Origin: Octopus vulgaris | Taxonomy: Eukaryota | Direction: 5' to 3' | DNA length: 64,000 nt | Assembly: GCA_951406725.2 (NCBI GenBank) | Contig: OX597833.1 | Span: 22,630,001-22,694,000 of the forward strand | Part shown: one piece after another, positions 52,487-64,000 of the stretch | Layout of the letters: each line of letters opens with the position of its first letter | How positions within the stretch are numbered: position 1 is the stretch's first letter | Made by a program: the position numbers and the translations under genes | The notes under the pieces: model-generated | The model's database searches: none | Told to the model about the DNA's origin: nothing | The model's input: only the letters and a program-made list of their open reading frames with translations

Positions 52487-52847
52487 ACCAGTAATATTGC
52501 TGAGGGAAAAGTTCCCAAAGGGTGTGTTCTACAGACTAAAGACAAATATGGTACGGTGTTCCTTGTGTAAAGGAATGATTTGAAAATCTTCAGTTATGCA
52601 TCAAAATTGCTGGACAAAACCTTCCTTTGTAGGTGTTTAAAGACTACAAACAACAATCAAAAGAGATAAATGGTGTCATTTACTCGAAATTGCTGAAAAA
52701 TATGTAAAAATGTGGTATAAGTGTATATCTGGTCTATAATCTAACTACCGAAAGCAAATACTTTGGTGCTATTGCTAAAGGCAGTTTCTGTCGACTAATC
52801 GTAAAGATAACCCCAATTAAAATTTTTCATCTTGTCATATTATTTAT

Positions 52848-53013
52848 GATAATAATAATAAAAACATTGTGTACAGTGCTCAGGTGCACTACAACTCATC
52901 TAAAGTGTATGTATAATCAGGTGTAGTTTCGGCGGATTTCGGAAAGCATGAGGGCCTTAAAGGATGCAGTGTCATGGCAGTCAACAACTGACGCAGGCAG
53001 TTTGTTCCATGCT
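52848..53013 (-). mobile_element. CR1/L2-group LINE 3' end
   Basis: AWNKLPASVVDCHDTASFKALM, then a short 3' UTR and a (TTA)n tail. Confidence 0.7.
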
Positions 53014-53046
53014 TATGTGAGACTCTGTAATATTTTATTAGAATTT

Positions 53047-53150
53047 AAGGCGGCGAGCTGGCAGAATCGTTACCATACCTGGCAAAATGTTTAGCGGTAT
53101 TTCGTCCGTCATTACTTTCTAGTTTTAAATTCCGCCGAGGTCGACTTTGT
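53047..53150 (+). mobile_element. SINE family B, 5' part
   Basis: AAGGCGGCGAGCTGGCAGAATCGTT...GAGGTCGACTTTG. Confidence 0.8.
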
Positions 53151-53264
53151 TTTAAAACCACTATTTTATTATTATTATTATTATTTAGTCTGCAGAACAC
53201 AACTATGAGGTATTTACCTTCAGTCATACTTTTGGCATTCCTAATCAGCTTTACTGCATTCCAG

Positions 53265-53325
<61 letters not shown>

Positions 53326-53781
53326 ATGAGACACACACAGAGGGAGAAGAACTGATAAGAGTAGATGTGTTGCCGATGAGCAAAAGAGAGTGGAGCGTGC
53401 TGCTCTGAAGCGTTCACTCCATAAGCCAGACTTAAGTGCAATAGTTGCAAGAATCCAACTGGAATTGAAATGCAATGTGTTCGTACGATTTTTTCTCTCA
53501 AGAGCTAGATTAGTCAGCCAGTTAAACTCATATGAACCAGGGAGAAATCAAGTAATGCGGAATAACTTGCGCGCCAGCTGGAAGTCTGACGACATATATT
53601 AATATACATGAGGTTGCAGCTCAGCTGGTGATGCCAGGAGTCAGACAGTCCATCTGTTAGAACTGTGACTGTGCTTGGAGAACGGAAACTGGGCTGAAGA
53701 ACTACGTGGGAGCACATGGTCGAGCAAGGTTCAGTGAAGGAATGATAACGGCATGTATGTATATATGTGCATGTATGTATG

Positions 53782-53853
<72 letters not shown>

Positions 53854-53857
53854 TGTA

Positions 53858-53926
<69 letters not shown>

Positions 53927-54581
53927 CAGTAAAGGTTATAAAAAGTTTTCTTTATTAATCACGTTGGTTGACAAATGTATCAAGACCATATAGTGAGAGA
54001 GTACTTAAAAAGCAAAGAGAACAAAGCACAAAAAACGTGGTCTAGTGGTTTGGGTGTTGAAATCACGATCGCTAGATTGTGAGATCAATGTATTTTAAAC
54101 GAGCGGTGTGTTGTCATTTCACGTTGCTCTGCGAGCGGGAGAGTGGCAGAATTGTTGGTGTGTCGGCAGAGATGCTTTACGGTGTATCTTTCGGCTCTCT
54201 ACATTATGAATTCAAATCGGAGAAGGCAATGGGAAACGACCTCAGTATTCATTCCAAGTCTAGTCATGGTGGCCGAAGTTCAAGTAATCCACTTAACGGC
54301 GGCAGGGGTTAGTACAGGCTCTCCCAGTAAGTATAGAGTGCTGGAGCTCGTTCACATGCACAGGACCTGCCCAAGGGTAGACCACCGATACACACACACA
54401 CACACATACGCATATGTATAAATATATATATACTTGTTAGCCCTGCAAGCTGAGCACAAGTGTTTCGTTTAAGAGTTCGAATAAGACCGAAACCTGTCTG
54501 CTGATTCAAACAAATGGTTTAAAAACCATATCTACTCCCATACAACATTTTCTCTAATTATCAGACAATATTAATCAAGTT

Positions 54582-54810
54582 AAGGGCGTGGATCTGGCGA
54601 AATCGTTAGCATACCGGCCAAATATGCTTAGCAGCATTTCGTCCGTCATTACGTTCTGAGTTCTAATTCCGCCAAGGCTGGTATATATTTATTTTATCGA
54701 CCCTGAAAGGGTCGATAAAATAAATACGAGTTGAACACCGAGGTCAATATAATCGATTTACCACCTCCCCCGAAATTACTGGCCTTGTGCCAAAATTTGA
54801 AACCGATATT
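54582..54810 (+). mobile_element. SINE family B, rearranged
   Basis: Head and tail motifs are present, with a short internal inversion of the core. Confidence 0.7.
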
Positions 54811-55180
54811 ATTCAAGTTATTTTATTGGACTTAATTCCTTTTTTGTTGTTTTTCTCTCTGGAGAGAGATTTGTCTCTTAATTTCATGTATATCTGTGAA
54901 AATTACTTCTCTTTATTTAACACACTGTATTACATACGTCACACCGCTCACCATATGTACGCATATGTAAGTATGCGTGCGCGTGCATCAGTGTGTGTGT
55001 GTGTGTGTGCATATCTGCTTGTGTATATGTTTGTATCTGTTTTCGTTTATGAACGTAAAATAATTGTAAGTTAGTATCAACAGTTTCGAAAATTTATATA
55101 TACATATACTTACACACCACATTTATCGCTGACTGCATAGACTCACACAATTATAAACTAGTGTAGTCACTCATTTGTAC

Positions 55181-55216
<36 letters not shown>

Positions 55217-55249
55217 ACAATTATATACATATATATATACATGCATATA

Positions 55250-55302
<53 letters not shown>

Positions 55303-55387
55303 GCATATATATATATATGTATATATGTATGTACGTATGTATGTATATATATATATATATGTATATACATACATACATATATATCTA

Positions 55388-55446
<59 letters not shown>

Positions 55447-56296
55447 ATATCTATCTATCTATCTATTTATATATATATATGTATATATATATATACAGAT
55501 GCATACATACATGTGTGTTTGTTTGTTTGTGTGTGTGTTTAAATACTTTTGCTTATGTACACATGTATGTGTTTATTCGAGGGATTCAATTAGTCAAACA
55601 GCCAGACGTGTCTGCATGTATGAGTGATCATTAATCATTCATACGGACACACCGATTAATCGATCAATCGGTCAATTCATTCATCCCTCTAGCCAACCTC
55701 TGCATATACACACATATCAACAGGCATCCTTACATGCCAATACATATGTGTATATATATCTATTTAAGAATATATGTTCATGTGTTATCTTGATCTTAGT
55801 TCGTATTTATTTATATACAAACGCATCTATGTCAACGTTCTCTTATTCTCCTCCATCGGTATTTAACGGTTTGTTTACTTCCGCTATTGCTCATTCTTAT
55901 CTCTTAGTATAGCATCTCCGCCCTTCGCCATCTTTAACTGCACTTAATCGAGTTAGCTGAAGAAGGCGCGAAAATTTGTTCCGATTACTAACCGTATTTG
56001 TGAAGCTGGTTAAAACGTGTTAGAAGTAAACATCTCGTATAATGTTTCCGTTGTGTACACACACACACACACACACACACACAGAGACACACACAGACAC
56101 ACACACAACACACACACACATACACACACATACACACAAACACGTGTATATATATAATGAATGATATAACACAATAAAATGTAATACAAATAGAATGGCA
56201 ACAAAAAATCAATCGATGTGTATGTATGGACATATAGGTATGTATTTATATATTACACACACACACACACACACACGTATATATACATATATATAA

Positions 56297-56362
<66 letters not shown>

Positions 56363-57707
56363 TTGTATAATGTAAGACCATTACACTAAAGAGCTAATGT
56401 TATGTAATGGTGTAATAAAGTATTGATTGGGTATCATCTGATGGTTGATGTTTGATTGATTTAAGTATGTTTCTCCATTTTCTAATTTTGTAGTATTAAT
56501 TTACGGTAATATTTTTACCTTTGCCCACATAATACAGTAGATGAATTAATTGCATGGCAATTTTTAACATTTATGTATTAGTCTTGTTGGGTACCTCTCT
56601 AGCAGTATATTGGATATATGTTATCCTATGGTGGGTTGAATTTCCAACCCCTATCTCATTTTATAACCGAAATTTATCTTTTGAGGAACCTGAATTGCTC
56701 ATACTGGTGTAATTGAAGCATCCACTCATTGATCTAAGTATTAATAGTGTATGTAAATACACCAGAAGGCCAGTCTGTCGCATTTTACCTATTTATAGCT
56801 GAATGGACTGGTGCAAAATTAAATGAAGTGTTTTCCTCAGGAGCGCTACGCATCGCCGAGCTGCTAACCGAAACCACGATGTCGCAATCGTTAGTGCAAT
56901 ATCCTGACCACTACACCGTACGCCGTCTCACACACACGCGTTATATTCCTGGTTACCTGGGCAGAATTATTTTTCTGGTTTTAAGCTCATATGTGTGTGT
57001 GCGTACGCGCGCGCGTGTTTATATGTATAAAGCATAGATATATTACCTTCTTCAGCAGGCCGTCCAGAGCAGTTGTTTAGTATTTACTTGCTTATGAAGC
57101 CTCATTGATAGCATAAAGCAGAACCGAGTTATTTCAGAAATCAACAGTAAGATGTCGTTAACTTCGTGTGTAGTCATTTTGGATATAAAATCTTCATAAC
57201 ACAGTGTTTTAGAAATTCCTGGTTTAACATTTTAAAACACAGAATCAGAGCTATAAAATATTTATAAATAATTCTCGAATATAACAAAGCTTTTCTTTTT
57301 CGTCATAAACTTACGACTGGGGTCAACGGACTTAAATAAACATAGAGAGATAATTGTACTATAGTAGTAGTTCCTTACTTCTAGCCAATCAGAAAGAAAA
57401 GTCTTGCACGAAGAAATATAAGTACAGGCAGTTTTAATAGGAAATTTATGTTATGAAAAAAATGTATCATGATAAAGTTTGATTATATTCGGATTCGAGA
57501 CAGGATTTTGTATATAAGCGAAAATGTTGAAGTCTCTGTTTTAGCATTTTAGTAGGACAATAGTAGGACAAAGTCTATCGAATCTTGTACTGAATTCTGT
57601 ATAGAGATATTCTTGCCGTTTCGTTTGTGTATTTTGTTGGCAAGATTTTTGACGAGAACCCGTGTGCTGAGATGAATTTTGTTGTGACTTGGGACACACG
57701 CACAGGT

Positions 57708-57777
57708 TCAAATTCCCCTCTTGTTCCAAAGTCTGTTCTGGACAGACCTCGGAACGAGAGGAGAAGACACTAAGTCA
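57708..57777 (-). CDS. Candidate terminal coding exon (DLVSSPLVPRSVQNRLWNKRGI*)
   Basis: Pyrimidine-rich acceptor ..GACCTTTTCAG on the minus strand, in non-repetitive sequence, with one frame open from the acceptor. No homology recognised. Confidence 0.2.
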
Positions 57778-57984
57778 CTGAAAAGGTCACGAACAGTAAT
57801 GAAAGAACTTTGACTAACAAACAACTGATTGATTGTTTAACCAGTACATTAAACGATCGATTGGTTACCTGGTTAAATATTTGACCAATTGACTAACAAT
57901 AAAGAAGTAATATTGAAATTATGTGTGTGTTATTATTATCGGTGTGATAACTCTCCCAAGACACAAGAAAATATTCTTGTATTT

Positions 57985-58040
<56 letters not shown>

Positions 58041-58209
58041 TAAATGTAGGGATAAGCGAATTAGACAGATCAAATATATAAAGTGTATTAAATACATGAA
58101 ATACAAAAAATGTATATATGTATACACATAAAAAGGTCCGACTTACACAGAATCGAAATGATATAGAAAATTAAAGGGGTGGAGGAAAAGTATAACAAAT
58201 CCAACAACT

Positions 58210-58610
58210 GTTTCTGCTCCTTCTTTAAACTGCTCTCCTTCAACATCTCAAAACCGTCACTGCCTTGTATCTTGGGAAAGGAAAAGGCTAAGGGAGTCAA
58301 CTTCGATAGCAGATCAAGAGGTGCGGTTCAGCGTTATCTTTGACACCCTTTCGACAATTCACGGCCTTGTGAGGCAATTCACTTAGGAGAAAACCATTCC
58401 AATATAAAAACCAAGAGCTTGCTATCTTAGCCGGCTGAACCACCGAGGTCAGACCTCCAAGTGGGACCGGATTGCACGGACTAACTCTCACTTTAAAGCT
58501 ACTAAGCGCAGTTTGGAAGAAAGGTCTTGTAGTTTCAAGGATCAGTTTACATAGCCACTTGAGGGCATACCACTTTTCTTCATGATTTTTGGACACGAAG
58601 AATCTGGCAT
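58210..58610 (+). mobile_element. Decayed RTE LINE 3' fragment
   Basis: SRISLHSHLRA resembles the RTE terminal SRIGL.SH.R motif. Confidence 0.5.
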
Positions 58611-59749
58611 AACGTCCTCAGCAATATCATTATTTCTTATTTAATACATTCCATTCTAAATGTCTTTTTAAGGGGTCATTTCATTGGAGATGTTAGCGAG
58701 TATTTTAAAACATAAGTAGTCACACTTCATAGCATTCTTGATATGAGTCGCTGATCGGTGATTATTTTATAAGTGTATATTAACACTAGCTTTCCGTATA
58801 CGGGTGGCATCAAATCATCTTGCATTTGTAAGACATACCTTACCCATAGATATCAGGTGACAAATTTGACGAGGAGGGACTGGTCGGTTAAACCGACTCC
58901 AGTACTCGATTGTTACTTATTTTATAGAGCCCGACAGATTGACAGGTTAAGTTGACCTTGGCAGCGTTTTAACTCGAAGTATGGGAGACAAAACTGAGTA
59001 TCGCAAGGTACTTTGTCCCAAGCTATACTGGTTTTGCGTGTCAATCAGTGTTTATTAATAACTATCTTGAGTTCTAAGAGAAAAAGACCATCCATTTAAA
59101 TAGAAGTTGGATGATTGTTGTGGCTTAACAGTAAAATAATGATCGACCCTATCACTGGACTTCGGAAGAATGCTAGATAAAAATCGATCTCGGCTGGATT
59201 TGAAAATGAAAGTAACTAAATGCCACAAAGCATTTTGCTCACCCTTAACGATTCTGTTACCCATTGCAAGAATTTAGTAAGTATATAATTGGAAGTTATA
59301 CAAATTAAAGTCTCACATCATATCTCTTTACAACAAAGGAATTACTACGCGGTCAATGACATGCTAAAGATAGCAGCCAACTCTAGATAAAATCATAACC
59401 CACCGTGAAAAGAATTAAAAGTAAAAGGATAACATATTGGATAATGCAGTCTCTGGTAAACAAAAAGAAGAAATGGTCATGGCTGGATAAGCTTAAATCA
59501 CAGATCTGCCCCTTAAGTTTTTTCCTGTGGCTAAGCAACAGCAAAAATTGATTCTGAAGTGAGGAGAAAGAAATATATTACATCGGTTATTTGATATTTT
59601 AGTCTATAGGCCCATTATCATTACCATCATTCTCATTATCATTACTATCATTCTCCACTTCACCTCTAGTTGTCGTCGTCATCGTCGTCCTCTTCCTCTT
59701 CCTCCTCCTCCTCCTCCTCCTCCTCCTCCTCCTCCTCCTCCTCCTCCTC

Positions 59750-60300
59750 CTCATCATCATCAGGTCAGGCTTGTTTGGGTTCACATGACCATGATCCTCC
59801 ACCGGCCTTTATCTTCCATGACAGGTCACTATTCTTTACAGTTTCGCTCGATGTTATCTGCCAACTGACCGGATCAATGTATGTCTTTTTCAGGGCGACC
59901 AACATAACTTTGACCATGTACCCTGAAGCGAGATCTTCATCTCATAATTTCTGTTACTTCAAGGGAATATAAAATCTCGATACTTGAGAAATATTACTAC
60001 TATCCACTAACATCACTAATGATGGTCGTGTGGAATGGGCTTCTTTGAGTTCTTTCTCTGGGGCATGTGAAGGAGAGAGTGCAATCAATGAAAATCACAG
60101 ATATGAATCATCTGAATGAATTCAAACTGACAGAAGTGTGGATGTACTGAACCAGATTCATGTGAATCTCGTAAGTCGCATGGATCACATGTGGTGGAAA
60201 CCATGTTGAAAAAGTTATTTTTTAATGTAGTTGAATAGAATTATTGAAAATATGCAGTTTAGCCTATGTACCCAGACCTTACGGTCACTCTGTATAATCA
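59750..60300 (-). mobile_element. Decayed LINE 3' end with a (GAT)/(GAG)n tail
   Basis: GRPEK and MEDKGRWR remnants precede the trinucleotide tract at 59670-59760. Confidence 0.4.
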
Positions 60301-60803
60301 TCGTTTATTTTTTTAACAGACTCGAAGTATCTTAACAAAAGTGCGCGATCTGAAAGTTGGCAACGTGTTGATCGAGTCAAAAATAACATCAGACAAACGC
60401 TACCTTTCTCTAACACCAACCCAGTTCTTTATTGGAAATACGTACCCTTATTTTGAAACAGCCTGGTAAATCTGTAATTTTCCAGGAGAATGTCCTATTT
60501 TTACTAAACATAAGATATTTTTCTACAACTCTGGAGTATCTTGGTGGGAGGAGCAACCGCCTCAGGTGATCTTGAAATTGCCAATATCCCAACAAGACAC
60601 GAGCACTTTTAATTTAGCTCCCCACCCATCACCTTACAACCCACATTGAGTTGATGTATACATACGTACACATGTATATATACTAATATGTATGGACATT
60701 AGAATGCAAAGATGGGTGTCTGTCTGTCTGTATGTGTGTATGTATGTAAGCATGATATTTGTAAGCATGTAGCTATATATATATATATATATACCTACAT
60801 GCA

Positions 60804-60867
<64 letters not shown>

Positions 60868-60870
60868 CAC

Positions 60871-60911
<41 letters not shown>

Positions 60912-61416
60912 CACACACCCACACTCACGCTTACACGCACACACATATATGCATGCAAGCATGTATGTATACGTATGTATCTATTCAAACGTGTATGCAT
61001 GTGAGAGTATGTGTAGATGTATATATGTAAATCTGTCTGTCGGCTTGTCTGTCTACTTGTCGGCATGTATGTATGTATGTATGTATGTATGTATGTATGT
61101 ATGTATGTATGTATGTATGTATGTATGTATGTATGTATGTATGTATGTATGTATGTATGTGTGTATGTATATAAGTACGTATGCACGTACATAGTGCGGC
61201 GGCGGCAGGGAAATTTCTTGGCGAGCAGTACTAGTGGTGTTTAGACGGTAGGTGGCAGGGTTCTAAGATTATGAAAATCAATGTATATGTATATATACGA
61301 AGTAAGTACCTGCTGTTGAAGAACTGACGTGTTCCTCTCGAAACTGTTATTACCTTATACTAAGCAGTGTCATGAGCTAACGAACAGTTTCTTTCATTCG
61401 CATTCAATTCTTACAG

Positions 61417-61479
61417 GATTTATTGTGCACATTCAACATGCCTGTGGACAGCGCCGCTACTTCAGATGATCTCCGACAA
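61417..61479 (+). CDS. Candidate 63-nt internal exon
   Basis: Acceptor TTTCTTTCATTCGCATTCAATTCTTACAG and donor GTGAGT. The length is divisible by 3 and two frames are open. No homology recognised. Confidence 0.3.
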
Positions 61480-61624
61480 GTGAGTAATATTTTTCTTTCC
61501 ACACGTCCATCTCTCTCTCTCTCTCTCTGCTGTAGGGAGCATCAACACCAATAATTAATAACTTATATTATCACTAACGGTTGACAAAAAAAAAAAAAAA
61601 AATTCGGGTTAGGTACTACTATCA

Positions 61625-61839
61625 CTCGGTGAGCTGACAGAACCGTTAGCACGCCGGGCGAAATGCTTAGCGCTATTTCGTCAGTTGCTACATTCTGAGT
61701 TCAAATTCCGCCGAGGTCGACTTTGCCGTTCATCCTTTCAGGGACGATAAATTAAGTACCAGTTGCGTACTGAGGTCGATTTAATCGACTGGCCTTCTCC
61801 TCGAAAATTTCAGGCCCCTTGTGCCCATAATAGAAAGGA

Positions 61840-61840
<1 letters not shown>
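61625..61840 (+). mobile_element. SINE family B
   Basis: Full head, core and tail, followed by (TTA)n. Confidence 0.85.
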
Positions 61841-61889
<49 letters not shown>

Positions 61890-61899
61890 AAATATGATA

Positions 61900-62338
61900 T
61901 TGGTTTAAAATTTTGGCATAGGGTCAGCAGTTTTTGAGGAGAGGGGTAAGTCGATTGTACTTCTTTTATCGACCCCGAAAGAAAGGCGAAGTCGACCTCT
62001 GCTGAATTTGCATTCAGAACGTAAAGACAGACAAAATGCCTATTTCTTTACTACCCACAAGGGGCTAAACACAGAGAGGACAAACAAGGACAGACAAACG
62101 GATTAAGTCGATTACATCGGCCCCAGTGGGAACTGGTACTTAATTTATCGACCCCGAAAGGATGAAAGGTAAAGTCTACCTCGGCGGAATTTGAATTCAG
62201 AACGTAACGGCAGACGAAATACGGCTAAGCATTTCACCCGGCGTGCTAACGTTTCTGCCAGCTCGCCGCCTTTAGACAGACAAAATGCCGTTAAGCATTT
62301 CTCCTGGAGTGGTAACGGTTCTGTCTGCTCGCAGCCTT
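61900..62338 (-). mobile_element. Nested SINE family B copies (young copy inside an older one)
   Basis: AGACAGACAAAATGCC is duplicated at about 62025-62040 and 62274-62289 around the younger copy. Confidence 0.8.
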
Positions 62339-62444
62339 AATAATGATAATAATAATAATGATAATAATAATAATAATTATAATAATAATAATAATAATAA
62401 TAATAATTATAATAAAAATAATAATAATGATAATAATAATGATA

Positions 62445-62482
<38 letters not shown>

Positions 62483-62496
62483 AATAATAATAATAA

Positions 62497-62548
<52 letters not shown>

Positions 62549-62579
62549 TATAATAAAAATAATAATAATGATAATAATA

Positions 62580-62661
<82 letters not shown>

Positions 62662-62672
62662 TGATGATGATG
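62339..62672. repeat. (AAT)n/(GAT)n compound microsatellite
   Basis: Read directly from the sequence. It explains the poly-N/D and poly-I/M ORFs. Confidence 0.95.
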
Positions 62673-63309
62673 GTGATTTCTTTATTCTTTTTTTAAATAA
62701 TGATTACGTTGTTGAAGCTGATAACAATTGTTTCTTTATTTGCCACTAGCGCCCCATTCATTTGTTCATACAAGGAACATACATAGGGATAGTGGTGGTG
62801 GAGCATTTCAAGCCGTTTGTAGGGAAGAACTAATCAAAGATGTATAAAAAGACAGAAGTTAGAAGACGTTTTACGAAATATTTACATGATAATAATGTTT
62901 TGAAAAATTACACAAAATATACAATTATATAAAAAAAAACATACATTAAAAACCAGGTATTCATTTAGAAGGCAAAAAAAGAATACCTGAGTGTCAACGC
63001 ACCAGTATACGAGTGGGAAACTGATACCAAAGGTCAATAACAATACACATCTAATAACTCTTTCCTTGATCACCCTTCCCTTGATCACCCTTCACCGCTA
63101 TGTACACCGGTTCTAAATACTGTTTCATACAAAAACTGCCTGTGATGAGTTTAGACTTTGGACTGGGCACAACAGGGCTCGCGTCCATGTAGTGTTCATA
63201 TAAAAAAAAGAGTTTATGTGATTTTCTTACACTATTCTTACAAATACTCTATTCAGTTCAAGCACCATAGAGCCAGCACCAATTTCCTCATTAATATATA
63301 TCGCGTTTT

Positions 63310-63495
63310 TAAGGCGGCGCGTCGACAGAATCGTTAGCACCCCAGGCAAAACGCTTAGTAGCATTAAATCCGTCTTTTCGTTCTGAGTTCAATTTCCACT
63401 GAGGTCCTCTTTTCTTTTGGGGTCGATGAAATAAGTACCAGTTGAGCACTTCCTCTGAACTTGCTGGCCTTGTGCCAGAATTTGAAACCAATGTA
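63310..63495 (+). mobile_element. SINE family B, degenerate
   Basis: AAGGCGGCG..CAGAATCGTTAGCAC..GGGGTCGATGAAATAAGTACCAG. Confidence 0.8.
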
Positions 63496-64000
63496 TATCG
63501 CATTTTTGAATATTTGGTGCACACACTTTAGGAAGTTCATCAGATCCTTGTTTGTTTTGTGAAGAACCGTGAATCCCCGCTTGGAGTGGCTGGGTGGGGA
63601 TGAGAACTGGGCCCCGACTCTATTTTTTTTTCTCTTCTTCCTTCTGTGGTAGGGGCAGGCGGGATTTGTTCTTTCTCACACTTATTAACTGCTTTGTCTC
63701 GGAGTACATTTTTTCCCCCATTAAAAGGCTTCATTCCTCTTTCTGGGTTTCATACTGGTTGAAAATGCTTACTAGTCTTGCATTTACTTTTTATTCTTGC
63801 AACATGATGGTGTTGTGCTTCTCAGTATGAAAGAGGGTGAGGGCGGACCTCGTTGTGTGGGAAGACTTACGGAACGTTTTACTTGTCGTCTTTGACATCT
63901 TTGATATCCGAGTTATATGGCGATGCATCTTTCTGGAAAGGTATTTTATTAATTTTACTGAATTTGCTGCAGTTTAACACTTTCTGTTATAGCCTTTCCA

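Noticed and set aside
55957-55975. CTGAAGAAGGCGCGAAA hammerhead-like string
   Set aside because: There is no room for stem II and no stem I or III; likely chance.
62285-62749. Poly-Asn/Asp ORF of 154 aa
   Set aside because: It is an (AAT)/(GAT) microsatellite opened from a SINE fragment.

Overview
AT-rich, microsatellite-dense eukaryotic DNA made almost entirely of decayed transposable elements. The SINE families, RTE/Tx1 LINEs and (TA)/(CA)/(TATC)/(TATG) tracts look like an octopus (coleoid cephalopod) intron or intergenic region; this is inferred from recognised repeats, not a database match. There is no intact protein-coding gene, rRNA, true tRNA or CRISPR array, and most ORFs in the track are microsatellite artefacts or TE fragments. 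Recognisable elements are: a near full-length RTE LINE with three C-terminal C2H2 fingers (5.0-8.8 kb); at least five divergent L1/Tx1 units between 11 and 28 kb, some head-to-tail; a Gypsy pol plus 3' LTR; Tc1, mariner, maT (DD37D) and rosa-like transposon relics; a hAT MITE; a Helitron-like element; dozens of tRNA-derived SINEs; and several fold-back palindromes, two with Penelope-type hammerhead-like cores. The most interesting lead is that the head-to-tail Tx1 units at 21-28 kb are separated by the same ~15-nt motif, which matches the head of an abundant local SINE. This suggests, without proving, a SINE-targeting site-specific retrotransposon. Coordinates of degenerate elements were read by eye and are approximate.
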